Source: a virus (Duplodnaviria; Caudoviricetes). Taken from it: a DNA stretch of 37,549 bases. Within the stretch, counting starts at the first letter, position 1. Each line of letters starts with the position of its first letter. The notes below the pieces were generated by a model. It did not search any database. It had not been told where the DNA came from and worked only from the letters and a program-made list of their open reading frames with translations. Below are positions 27,105 through 35,721 of this stretch, in pieces. The DNA lies in the IMG/VR virus record IMGVR_UViG_3300032247_000140, positions 1-37,549 of that record; one strand, given 5' to 3'. The position numbers were made by a program, and so were the translations under genes.

Positions 27105-27299
27105 TCAATCTCCCAGTTGTGGTTCTCTAACTTTAATGATGACCGCATAGTCAAGTGACTTGATATGCTTGATCGTCTCCTTTGTAAGCGTTACTGTCCC
27201 TGCAATTCGTGCAAAGATACACGCCTTCTCGCACACAGGGTAAAACTTTGTTACCCCATACACATCTCTCATCTCTACTTCTATGGCATTTAGACTCAT
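27105..27299 (-). CDS. Conserved small phage protein (VYG..FYP.C..A..FA..AGT.TLT motif)
   Basis: Start MSLNAIEV at 27299 overlaps the upstream stop. Confidence 0.7.
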   Translation of the reverse strand: MSLNAIEVEMRDVYGVTKFYPVCEKACIFARIAGTVTLTKETIKHIKSLDYAVIIKVREPQLGD

Positions 27300-28375
27300 G
27301 TTGCTTGCTCCACTTGTTGACCGTTGACCATTACTTTCACACCCCAATCGCATGCGGGATAACGCTTGCCACCCGCACACGGCACTTCCTTGAGGATGTC
27401 AGGGTTCTTCTTATAAACTTCTTTAGCAACTCTGCGCTTAGTAGCCATGAAGATGTTCTCAGGTGTGTCATCAGTATGGTTGTTCATGCCATACCTCATG
27501 CGATACCCTACATGCCTGACTTCGTGTGCAAGAGTAAACAATAGCAGTGCATCCAGTGGCGCATCGTTTATTAGTTTCTCAGCGTGTTCTGTATATTCCT
27601 TCTTACGACCTACATGTTCCTTGTATGCATTCACGCCAAGTAGCCCATCGACGATCTCAATACAAGTGTTGTTAATGGTGTGCAAATCCATAGCCTTGAG
27701 CATTACCTCAGAAACTTTAAACATATGCTCATACTTTGACAACAGCCCCTTTCCACCCTTGCGATCAACATGGTTGATGACTACCTCATATGGTGTTACT
27801 GCTTCCATCGTGTTGCAGTTGACCCGCAAGCCTTTCCATATCGCATGGAACACAGCGTTGTCATCTAGCATGTCGATCGCATATACCATCCCACCTCTGC
27901 GTGAATCCGTAGAAAAGTAGCCCGCACTATGCTGAGATAGAAAGCAACGATCGCCTTGCCAGTAGCGTGACTTAGTGAACTCAAACGAGTTGTCAGGGCG
28001 CACAGTGCCGACAATGTTGTGACCTCTGTCTCGTCTGTGGTATTCAAACTGTTTGGGTAAAGATACCCATTTATCATCGACAATCTCATGCTTCGCCCAC
28101 TTCATTACATAGGTCTGCGCTCTCTCTGTGCCAGTTGCTTTTCTGAACTTTCTGTGTTCGAGTTTCAGTCGTATGTATTCGAGCCTATCAATCTCAGTTG
28201 AGTTCCATGTCTCTCCATACACGATGTCAAATACTGTGTAACCATCTTCGTCTCGTCTAAGAAAGTATTTGTTGTTCTGCTTGCGGTTGCCAAGCGGAAA
28301 CCTATTTACGTTCCCACGGAAGGATGGGACTGTATTTGTGATCTCAAGCAGTCGCTTGTAGTTAAACGCTTTCAT
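27296..28375 (-). CDS. Hypothetical phage protein (359 aa)
   Basis: Long ORF, ATGA-coupled on both sides. Confidence 0.75.
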   Translation of the reverse strand: MKAFNYKRLLEITNTVPSFRGNVNRFPLGNRKQNNKYFLRRDEDGYTVFDIVYGETWNSTEIDRLEYIRLKLEHRKFRKATGTERAQTYVMKWAKHEIVDDKWVSLPKQFEYHRRDRGHNIVGTVRPDNSFEFTKSRYWQGDRCFLSQHSAGYFSTDSRRGGMVYAIDMLDDNAVFHAIWKGLRVNCNTMEAVTPYEVVINHVDRKGGKGLLSKYEHMFKVSEVMLKAMDLHTINNTCIEIVDGLLGVNAYKEHVGRKKEYTEHAEKLINDAPLDALLLFTLAHEVRHVGYRMRYGMNNHTDDTPENIFMATKRRVAKEVYKKNPDILKEVPCAGGKRYPACDWGVKVMVNGQQVEQAT

Positions 28376-28602
28376 GTTTTCCCTTTCATTTCATCAAGAC
28401 AAGTTAATACATCCCGCCATAGGCGGGGGCTTTGTGTGTTGCTAGCAAGTTTCTCTACGCAGAAGAAATAAGCACCATCGCCCATGTCTGCTGTTAGTTC
28501 AATCGCTATCTCTCTAGACATACGATGTCTCGATATGTCTGTTATAGGTTTCATGGATGCATTCTCCATAAGTTGTATCATCGTGGGACTAATCATCGCC
28601 AA
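28372..28602 (-). CDS. Hypothetical phage protein
   Basis: Coupled to neighbours. Confidence 0.6.
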   Translation of the reverse strand: MAMISPTMIQLMENASMKPITDISRHRMSREIAIELTADMGDGAYFFCVEKLASNTQSPRLWRDVLTCLDEMKGKT

Positions 28603-29890
28603 ACACTACTTTCTTGCCGACTGGGGGCTCGAAGTTTTTATTGCGTGTGATCATCCATAGAGTTGGACTAGAGATATTCCACTGGATGTCATGCTCTAGG
28701 TATCCGTCAGTGAACACTAATACACATTCGGCATTGAGTTTCTCTTTGTTTATATACTCACTGACGCATGACACGGTAGTTCCCCCACCGCCTAGTGGTT
28801 TCAACAACGATGCGATGTTCTGATAATCGGCTCGGCTGAACACTTGCTCACCGTGAACTTGGGTGTCCCACCACAACACACGAACCTTCTCAGGTTGGGC
28901 GATGTTGCAAACAGAGACCAGTTCCGTAGCGAACTCAGTTATCTCCTCACTACCAATAGAACCCGATGTATCAAAGCCAACGATAACCTCGCCTATCGTT
29001 TCGTTCTCTACACTTGGCGAGAGAATGTCGTTAGCCAAATGGCGCTTGTTCAACTTGCGCCATGTGAACTCATCCTTGCCTTGGATTGAAGATGTCACGA
29101 AGTCACGCAACGCTTCACGCCAGTCAATCTTGGGCTCGAGTAGTTCAGCGATTGATCTAGGAATCTTTGCACCCATGCGACCTGCGAGCATTCCACCCTC
29201 ACGCAATGCACGATCGATGCTGTCGTTGAGTTCCTTGAGTTGCTCTTGAGACAGTTCACCACCGAAGTCATGCTCGTCTGAGTTAGAAAGGTCATAGACC
29301 TTGCCGTTGACTTCAACCGACTCCCACTCTTCCTTATCTTGCTTCCCACCCGACTGTGGGTTGCTATCTCCATCGGCAGGGTTGCTAGGGTTGTCGCATG
29401 GTTTGCCGTTCTGTGGCTTGGGCTTTGGCTTGGCGTGCTTCTTGAGATAGTTGTATACCTCACGCATTGACCAGTTGTGGAACATCGGGTCATATATATC
29501 GTTCTCATACAGTTCAACGATACGCTCGGTCGTGCCTGCCACGCATCCCTTAATATTCTCAGTGATATCGTTGACCACAAAGTCAGCCGCCAGATTAGCC
29601 ATGTTGCGGTTCTCTTGGAACATACCCTTACCGAACGATACATGCTTCAATGCCACATGCAAGTTCTCGTGCAAGATCAAGCCACGCAACTTGGCTTCGT
29701 TAGGGATAGTCTCGAGATGCGCACGACCATAGACCTTGTTGACACCATCGGTGTATGCCGTAGGACATCCGCTATCCACGACCTTGGTAGTTCCCATCAA
29801 CATCACGCCCGAGTAGAGCGCAGTCTCAGGGTGTTTCATCAACGCCACATGTCCACGCTTGATGCGTGTCTCTTGCTTATTTGTTTGCAT
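28589..29890 (-). CDS. DUF2201-like metallopeptidase plus VWA-domain protein
   Basis: PTAYTDG, ILHENLH (HExxH), N.AAD..VN, MIDAS DTSGS, GGGT, FTDG; start MQTNKQE at 29890. Confidence 0.88.
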   Translation of the reverse strand: MQTNKQETRIKRGHVALMKHPETALYSGVMLMGTTKVVDSGCPTAYTDGVNKVYGRAHLETIPNEAKLRGLILHENLHVALKHVSFGKGMFQENRNMANLAADFVVNDITENIKGCVAGTTERIVELYENDIYDPMFHNWSMREVYNYLKKHAKPKPKPQNGKPCDNPSNPADGDSNPQSGGKQDKEEWESVEVNGKVYDLSNSDEHDFGGELSQEQLKELNDSIDRALREGGMLAGRMGAKIPRSIAELLEPKIDWREALRDFVTSSIQGKDEFTWRKLNKRHLANDILSPSVENETIGEVIVGFDTSGSIGSEEITEFATELVSVCNIAQPEKVRVLWWDTQVHGEQVFSRADYQNIASLLKPLGGGGTTVSCVSEYINKEKLNAECVLVFTDGYLEHDIQWNISSPTLWMITRNKNFEPPVGKKVVFGDD

Positions 29891-30080
29891 TTGTAACCTC
29901 CATTTCGAAACCTTCATCGGTCTCTTTGATTTTTAATTTGCCAATGGCAACTTGGTGAAAGATATTCATAGTCTGTTGCTTGAATGAATGTATCTCTGCC
30001 CTCTGCTTGAAGTAGAGATAGGTCATCACGACCATGCCTATGAACAAGACGAACTCCAACTCTGTGATAGTGATCATCAC
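29877..30080 (-). CDS. Small membrane-anchored protein
   Basis: N-terminal hydrophobic FVLFIGMVVMTYLYF; SD AAGGA. Confidence 0.65.
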   Translation of the reverse strand: MMITITELEFVLFIGMVVMTYLYFKQRAEIHSFKQQTMNIFHQVAIGKLKIKETDEGFEMEVTNANK

Positions 30081-30148
30081 AATTCCTTTCTGCTGTTAAT
30101 GTTTAAATAGATACCCACCCCTGCGGGGGGCTTTAGATACGACTGTCG

Positions 30149-31276
30149 TTAGAACATGTCATGATTGTTCTTAGCCCACTCAGAGATCTTCTGATTGTTG
30201 CGAGCCAAGCGGATGGACTTCTGATTGCGCATCATCATGGTGAAGAACACTGCTTGCACCTCACTGGATGGAATGCGATCAACGAACCCCATGAACTTCG
30301 TCAACTGATCTTGCGTCTCAAGCACATCGACTGCTTGGAACATGATCATCAACTGCGCACTGATGTCCTTGGGGACTTCGATACCCTCGGGGTCTTTGCA
30401 GATGTCCTTCACATCAGCCAATGATTTCTCCAACATCAAGAATGCTGAGAGATCACCTGCGAATGACGCACCGACTGTGCCTGCCAATGCGACCTTCAAC
30501 GAGTTCTCAGTCATCTTGTCACGATTGCGCACGATGACATCTGCCTTCGCCAACGAGCGAGGAGAGACAAACGAGAGACTCGTCATTGATGGTTTGAAGA
30601 TGTATGGGTTGTCGTTCTGATCACCGTCAATGTAGGATGCCAAGCAACGAGGGAACATCGCAACACCCGCACGAATGACACGAGAGATATTATTCTCTGA
30701 TGCCCACTGCAACCACTCATTCACATTGGGCTTCGCCATGCGCATCAAGCACACACGATTGCCTGCGTGGGCGAGCATGTTGTCACCGACACCATCTGAT
30801 GCATTATTAGATGTGCCGAACACGATGGACTTCACATCGCCTTTCTTTGGCAATGCCTTGTCACCGACCATACGCTCGAGCATGAGCCTAGTGAAGATCA
30901 CTTGCAATAACTTCGGAGATTTCATGAACTCGTCAAGCAAGATGATCTTAGGCTTGGGGTCTGAGAGGTTGAACAACTCCGACACATAGTATTCCAACTG
31001 ACGATTGGCATGGTTGGGAATAGTCATACCGATGTCCGACATATCTTTCACGGGACAATCGACATAGATGTAGTCATACTTGTCGCCCTCGATGCTTGTG
31101 CCGTCTGCGGGAGAGCGCCACTTGTCACCGTTGTCTGTTGCTATCATAGTTAATAGCGAGGTCTTACCACAACCGGGTTCGGACTGGATGATCGGAGTTA
31201 ACTCTCCACCGATCAGTGGGATGATAGTGCGGAGTTCGTTGATGGAAACTGTATTGACAAACTGAACTTTAGACAT
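30149..31276 (-). CDS. MoxR-like AAA+ ATPase
   Basis: Walker A SEPGCGKT, Walker B ILLDE, sensor-1 GTSN, arginine finger NR, SPRS; partner VWA gene downstream. Confidence 0.85.
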   Translation of the reverse strand: MSKVQFVNTVSINELRTIIPLIGGELTPIIQSEPGCGKTSLLTMIATDNGDKWRSPADGTSIEGDKYDYIYVDCPVKDMSDIGMTIPNHANRQLEYYVSELFNLSDPKPKIILLDEFMKSPKLLQVIFTRLMLERMVGDKALPKKGDVKSIVFGTSNNASDGVGDNMLAHAGNRVCLMRMAKPNVNEWLQWASENNISRVIRAGVAMFPRCLASYIDGDQNDNPYIFKPSMTSLSFVSPRSLAKADVIVRNRDKMTENSLKVALAGTVGASFAGDLSAFLMLEKSLADVKDICKDPEGIEVPKDISAQLMIMFQAVDVLETQDQLTKFMGFVDRIPSSEVQAVFFTMMMRNQKSIRLARNNQKISEWAKNNHDMF

Positions 31277-31329
31277 AGTTAATTACTTTCTTTACTGATG
31301 TTGAACTGATAGGAACGTCTCTGCGGGTG

Positions 31330-32250
31330 TTAGACGCAAGAGAACGAGCCGAACTTCCCGAGGATGCTGTCAACATCCTCCTTCACTGAGTTGCGCACCG
31401 CATCGGACTCACGAATGAGTTCAGCGTCTACGCCCTCTAGTGTTCTCTCTAACGATGCCCGAGCCTCTTCAAGTTCAGGACTGTCGGTTAGGTTGAACTC
31501 CTTGAATGACTCGCACATCTCTTTCGCTTTCAAGATGGTCGTGTCATAAATCTTGCGCTTCTTGGTCTTGGTCTCACCAGTGTTATCGTCAACGCCAATA
31601 TCGTCAACGCCACAGCAATGGCTAATGCTTTTCATGACATCCAAGAACCTTGTTTGCTGTTCCATCATCACGTGGGACACTATTTCCTGTGCTTGGTTAG
31701 AGTATGTGGCAAACAAGTCATCAGCGATGTCATTACTGATCGCACAGCGAAAGTCATTCATCGGCACTTCGCTCACGAAAAGTCGAACACCGAATTTAGA
31801 TGCCAGTTCCTCTTTAGCGGGATAGTCATTACGGTCGAACATGTCGCCTTGCTTGAACGCCATGTCGCTCACGATGCTGTCGTATTCAGTCAAGAACTCG
31901 CCTAAGAGTTTATGAAATGATGTCTCATGCTCGTTGTATTCCTGCTTGAATTTGGGCATGTCAACCGATGGCAGATAATCTTGCGCATTATTCCAACGAT
32001 AGGTTCTGCGCTTGACCCAGTTATAGATTGTTTGACGATAGTTCACGATCGCCTTGTGCTTGGGGTGATCGGCTAGTAAGTTCTTCACATACTTGCCCGC
32101 GTGTTGATCGGCTTTCTTTGCCGTAGTAACCTCATTGCTGATGCCACGGTCTTGCTTTGTAGCAGACCACACATTGACATCGACATGCACTAGCATGCCC
32201 GAGGTTGCAAGACTAATAAGATGCTTTGGCTTTGTAAGTTCCATATTCAT
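31330..32250 (-). CDS. Conserved phage protein (DUF3150-like) preceding the AAA/VWA pair
   Basis: MLVHVDVNVWSATKQD...KNLL...FDRNDYP...DFR; SD AAGGAG spacing favours the 32250 start. Confidence 0.65.
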   Translation of the reverse strand: MNMELTKPKHLISLATSGMLVHVDVNVWSATKQDRGISNEVTTAKKADQHAGKYVKNLLADHPKHKAIVNYRQTIYNWVKRRTYRWNNAQDYLPSVDMPKFKQEYNEHETSFHKLLGEFLTEYDSIVSDMAFKQGDMFDRNDYPAKEELASKFGVRLFVSEVPMNDFRCAISNDIADDLFATYSNQAQEIVSHVMMEQQTRFLDVMKSISHCCGVDDIGVDDNTGETKTKKRKIYDTTILKAKEMCESFKEFNLTDSPELEEARASLERTLEGVDAELIRESDAVRNSVKEDVDSILGKFGSFSCV

Positions 32251-32337
32251 GGACATTCTCCTTTGGTTAAAAACAAATCCCACTGATGCGTGGGCTACTA
32301 TTTAGCGGGGAACTCAGGACGCTTCCCAACTGTCATA

Positions 32338-32366
32338 AGTATAACACAACTTGACATATGAGTAAA
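32338..32366 (-). promoter_or_regulatory. Sigma70 promoter for the 32250/AAA/VWA operon
   Basis: Minus strand TTTACT-17 bp-TATACT with extended TG; near-copy of the 33431 promoter, sharing the leader GGGAAGCGTC. Confidence 0.75.
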
Positions 32367-32371
32367 GCGTT

Positions 32372-32794
32372 TCACTCAACTTTTTCATCTACCCAGTCGC
32401 AGATGATCTGTCTCCTGAGACTGATGTAGTCCTCTTCGAGATCACCGAACTCCTTCTTGGTGATGTCATCTTCGTTCTCGCCTGTCTCAATGTATTGACC
32501 CACGATGCATGGGTTGTCCTCGTTGAACTCTCGTGCCAACTCCCACAACTCCGTGTGTGCCTTCACCTCGTCGTAGTCGGGATACCACTTGATGTCGTAT
32601 GGTGTATGGAAGTTGAACTGCCACTTAGCCATGTCGATCTCGAGCCACTCGTTGATCGAGTCCTTTTTGTCAGTCCATAGCGCAGGTATCTTGGACTTGG
32701 CTTCGGCTAAGAATGTGCTAAACGATTGCTCGCTCTTCTTATCGTCATCGCCCACGAATCGTATGGTGTATGCCACCAATGATCTATAACCCAT
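32372..32794 (-). CDS. Hypothetical acidic phage protein
   Basis: MGYRS start after SD GGAGG; IKWY.DY and GENEDD motifs. Confidence 0.7.
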   Translation of the reverse strand: MGYRSLVAYTIRFVGDDDKKSEQSFSTFLAEAKSKIPALWTDKKDSINEWLEIDMAKWQFNFHTPYDIKWYPDYDEVKAHTELWELAREFNEDNPCIVGQYIETGENEDDITKKEFGDLEEDYISLRRQIICDWVDEKVE

Positions 32795-33017
32795 TGACAC
32801 CTCCCTTGTGTGATGAATTCAAACCCTTCAACAATGACATGTCTGTAACCAAGATGTAGTTGGACTTGGGCATCGGCACAACTGTGCGCACCACACGCTT
32901 GGCTTCGGACTCACCGCATGGCATGCACATCTTGTAACCAAGACTCCACCGAGCCGTGGGATAAGTTATGCCACAGACACGGCACTCTGCTCTGAATATT
33001 AAGTTTGTATCAGTCAT
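32784..33017 (-). CDS. C4 zinc-finger protein (DksA/TraR-like finger)
   Basis: CRVCG..YP.AR..LGY..CMPCGE. Confidence 0.65.
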   Translation of the reverse strand: MTDTNLIFRAECRVCGITYPTARWSLGYKMCMPCGESEAKRVVRTVVPMPKSNYILVTDMSLLKGLNSSHKGGVNGL

Positions 33018-33337
33018 TATGGTTCTCCGATTGTTGGCAACATGTCGCTGTCCATGTCGATGGGCAGTGGGCGATTACCTGTCGCTTGTGAATATGTCTC
33101 ACGATGGAACTCCATCTCCCGCACAAAGAAGTGTGTCTCCAACTTCTCAGGGTCTTGCTCACACAGCCATGCATCCCACAGCGCAAGATCTTTGTGTGCA
33201 TAGATGCCTATGGTTTTCTCGCTAGATGCAGTGACTTCGATCAGCGCATAGACTGACTCAGGCAGAAAGGGGTTCGGTATTAGATTGGCTTCCACGGCTT
33301 CGTGGATTGCAATACTAAGTTGTTTCATCTGTCCCAT
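33017..33337 (-). CDS. Hypothetical phage protein
   Basis: SD AAGGAG then MGQMKQL at 33337. Confidence 0.7.
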   Translation of the reverse strand: MGQMKQLSIAIHEAVEANLIPNPFLPESVYALIEVTASSEKTIGIYAHKDLALWDAWLCEQDPEKLETHFFVREMEFHRETYSQATGNRPLPIDMDSDMLPTIGEP

Positions 33338-33430
33338 AATGATCTCCTTGTTGATAAATTGATAACGAATCCCACGGATGCGTGGGACACTAAGTAAGGA
33401 TGTCTGCAAGACGCTTCCCGACTTGCTCTC

Positions 33431-33459
33431 AGTATACCATAACTTGACATATAAGTCAA
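33431..33459 (-). promoter_or_regulatory. Strong sigma70 early promoter
   Basis: Minus strand TTGACT-17 bp-TATACT with TG extension. Confidence 0.8.
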
Positions 33460-33471
33460 GGCTTTTATACT
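33444..33471 (+). promoter_or_regulatory. Overlapping divergent sigma70 promoter facing the putative origin
   Basis: TTGACA(33444-49)-16 bp-TATACT(33466-71). Confidence 0.55.
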
Positions 33472-33492
33472 ACTTTTTTATCTAGTAATTCT

Positions 33493-33846
33493 TGTTCCAG
33501 TTGTTCCAAATGTTCCAATTTCTTAACTTTACTTTTAGAACTTGAGATTTTAAAATTCTGTAAGAGGAAGTATTAGTTTTGAGTGCTTTTTCTTATAAAT
33601 ATATAATATAATATATTTAATAAATTAAGTGTGTTCCAATGTTCCAGTGATTTTGGGGGTAGATACCCTGTCGGGTGATTCTTTTTGCACTGGCTGGGCA
33701 AAGGTCTTGACCTCAGTGATCTGCCAAGTTTCCCCCATCCTGCCGAGAATCACTGGAACATTGGAACAAACGCTGTAAGTCGTTGATTCATAAGGCGAAT
33801 CTTGTTGCCACTTTGTTTGCTTGTTCCAGTAATTTTTTGGAACAAA
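33493..33846. other. Putative replication origin (iterons, AT-rich tract, IHF site)
   Basis: Nine TGTTCCA/TGGAACA heptamers; 21-bp perfect inverted repeat 33632-52/33748-68; almost pure A/T tract at about 33587-33628; AATCAACGACTTA (minus, 33776-88) matches the IHF consensus WATCAANNNNTTR. Confidence 0.65.
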
Positions 33847-33953
33847 CTTATTTGTTGCCCAGTTTGTATCGCCTAAGTTTCTCAGATTTGAAATCCCACG
33901 CATACGTGGGACGTTATTTAAGGTTTTCAGAATTGATGGTCACGCTCACGTCG

Positions 33954-33981
33954 CGCGCGAGGCAATATAACTGGTCTCAAA
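33954..33981. repeat. 28-bp conserved intergenic element, copy A
   Basis: CGCGCGAGGCAATATAACTGGTCTCAAA. Confidence 0.9.
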
Positions 33982-33991
33982 TAGCGGGCGC

Positions 33992-34026
33992 AAAAAAAAG
34001 CCCGACATGGCGAACCATGTCGGGCT
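33992..34026 (-). terminator. Intrinsic terminator
   Basis: AGCCCGACATGG-TTCG-CCATGTCGGGC-T8. Confidence 0.9.
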
Positions 34027-34033
34027 GTCCTAC

Positions 34034-34630
34034 TTATTTGTAGGTCTTCCAAAAGGCACTGACTGCCAATTTGAATTTTGCGGGATCGGCTGTTGTGTCA
34101 CCTTTTGCGTGTTTCACCTTTACCGATTTTTCCTGTGCTGTGAAAGCATTAGCCATTGACTGTGCGAAGTCCAGCGTTGTGCGTGTCGATGTCTGTCCTT
34201 TGTTTAGGATCTTATTGGCTTTCGCTTTTAAGTCACCCAATCGGTTAGAACAGTAATCAGTGACGTCATCACGCCATTTCTTAACCAAGCCATGCAAGGC
34301 TTCATTTGTGCCTTTCAGTTTTCCAAATTCTTGCGATGTGTAGGAAAACGCATAAGCCACACCAATCTCGATCTTTTCGATCTTTTTGTTTTTGATGTGT
34401 TCATCAGTAGCAACGACATAGTTTCGATCGATGACGGCATAGGTGATGGGTGGCTTATTGTCATTGCAACGCAAGCGATAACCCTCATACAGTTCAGCCC
34501 TTGCTTCAGCAGGGACTTCAGCGGGAAAGCCTGAGATCTTATCGATCGCATACTTTGCTTGTTCCTCCAATGTGTCACCTGTTTTTGCCTGTTGATAACC
34601 TAGATCCTTTAGTGATGTGAATGTAGTCAT
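34034..34630 (-). CDS. Early hypothetical protein, paralog 2
   Basis: SD GGAG; shares FTS.KD..QQA and KIEIGVAYA(F/Y)SYTSQEFGKL...YCSNR..DLK..AN.ILN with 34866..35540. Confidence 0.85.
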   Translation of the reverse strand: MTTFTSLKDLGYQQAKTGDTLEEQAKYAIDKISGFPAEVPAEARAELYEGYRLRCNDNKPPITYAVIDRNYVVATDEHIKNKKIEKIEIGVAYAFSYTSQEFGKLKGTNEALHGLVKKWRDDVTDYCSNRLGDLKAKANKILNKGQTSTRTTLDFAQSMANAFTAQEKSVKVKHAKGDTTADPAKFKLAVSAFWKTYK

Positions 34631-34779
34631 GTTGACTCTCCAAAAAAGTTGATAAACATCGGCAGAAGATCTTCTATCCGATAACTATATATACTGGTTT
34701 TTGTAGGCTTAAGTAAAGTCCCATCGATACGTGGGACATTAAATAAGAGATTCACGCACCACACGGCTCGCACCCGACT

Positions 34780-34807
34780 CGCGCGAGGCAATATAACTGG
34801 TATCAAA
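34780..34807. repeat. 28-bp conserved intergenic element, copy B
   Basis: CGCGCGAGGCAATATAACTGGTATCAAA. Confidence 0.9.
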
Positions 34808-34817
34808 TAGTGGGCGC

Positions 34818-34851
34818 AAAAAAAACCCCGCAGACCTTTCGATCTGCGGGG
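34818..34851 (-). terminator. Intrinsic terminator
   Basis: CCCCGCAGATC-GAAA-GGTCTGCGGGG-T8. Confidence 0.9.
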
Positions 34852-34865
34852 CGGGGGCTAAGTGG

Positions 34866-35540
34866 TTACGCGTTCCACTTCACCATAAACGCAACCTTTG
34901 CGTCGTTGAACCGCTTGTCGTTAGCGGTGTTGTCACCTCTGGCCTTTGCGCCTTTGAGTCTTGTAGGCGCGGTGTCTTTGAACCATTCATCCACGAACTC
35001 TGCAAAGTTCTTATTTGCGGTTCGGGTGCGTTCCTTACCTTCGTTCAAGATAGTATTAGCACGACGCTTTAAGTCTGCCATACGATTAGAACAATAAGTA
35101 GCGCACTTCTCGCGGATCATCTTGACCAGTGTGTGAAGCGCGGGGCGCGTTTGAGCAAGTTTGCCAAACTCTTGTGAAGTGTAAGAGTAAGCATACGCGA
35201 CGCCTATCTCTATCTTCTCTACATTGGCGGTGTCCATGTGCTCAGGAGTAGCGCGGACATAGTGCCCGTCTACTACCGCGTAGACCTTCTTAGGAAAGAG
35301 GTGATCGAAGCGCATACGATAGCCGTCGTAGATCTCGTCTTTGACTTCGCTAGGTATGTCCTTCGGGAAACCCGCACACTTCTGAATGGTGTAGCGAGCA
35401 AACGCTTCGAGCGTAGAGTCGGCACCCGCTTGCTGGAACGCCCCGTCTTTGAACGAGGTAAACGAGTCTGCGAACATAGCGTCTGCTACGGGTGAAGTGC
35501 TAGTTTGAGTCTTAGCAGACTTGGCTTTAGATGTTGCCAT
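34866..35540 (-). CDS. Early hypothetical protein, paralog 1
   Basis: SD GGAG then MATSKAK at 35540; homologous to 34034..34630. Confidence 0.85.
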   Translation of the reverse strand: MATSKAKSAKTQTSTSPVADAMFADSFTSFKDGAFQQAGADSTLEAFARYTIQKCAGFPKDIPSEVKDEIYDGYRMRFDHLFPKKVYAVVDGHYVRATPEHMDTANVEKIEIGVAYAYSYTSQEFGKLAQTRPALHTLVKMIREKCATYCSNRMADLKRRANTILNEGKERTRTANKNFAEFVDEWFKDTAPTRLKGAKARGDNTANDKRFNDAKVAFMVKWNA

Positions 35541-35693
35541 GGTGTTCAATCTCCATAAAAATGAACGATTACAAAACATCAGTAAGAGAATTCATTACTG
35601 ACAATATATATGTAGCGGATTGTGGAGTCTTAAGTAAAGTTCCACCGCTTAGTGGTGTCTTAAATAACGCGCCCACACCGCGCACGCCTGTCC

Positions 35694-35721
35694 CGCGCGA
35701 GGACATATAACTGGTATCAAA
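35694..35721. repeat. 28-bp conserved intergenic element, copy C
   Basis: CGCGCGAGGACATATAACTGGTATCAAA. Confidence 0.9.

Noticed and set aside
493-31905. Numerous antisense and alternate-frame ORFs in the track (e.g. 4847..5326, 6726..6965, 15280..15600, 22584..23075, 29095..29643)
   Set aside because: They are shadows of long real genes, with no SD, coupling or motif support, unlike the nested ORF at 7800..7973.
33625-34043. ORFs 33625..33903 (-) and 33783..34043 (+)
   Set aside because: They run through iterons, palindromes and a terminator, lack an SD and have no protein-like features.
34686-34717. Canonical sigma70 promoters upstream of the two paralogs (also 35609-35638)
   Set aside because: The TTTACT -35-like box is conserved, but no good -10 lies at 16-18 bp, so they are not listed as promoter features.
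33954-35721. 28-bp repeats as a CRISPR array or integron attC sites
   Set aside because: Spacing is about 830-910 bp with whole genes between copies; there are no GTTRRRY/RYYYAAC inverted ends and no integrase in the window.
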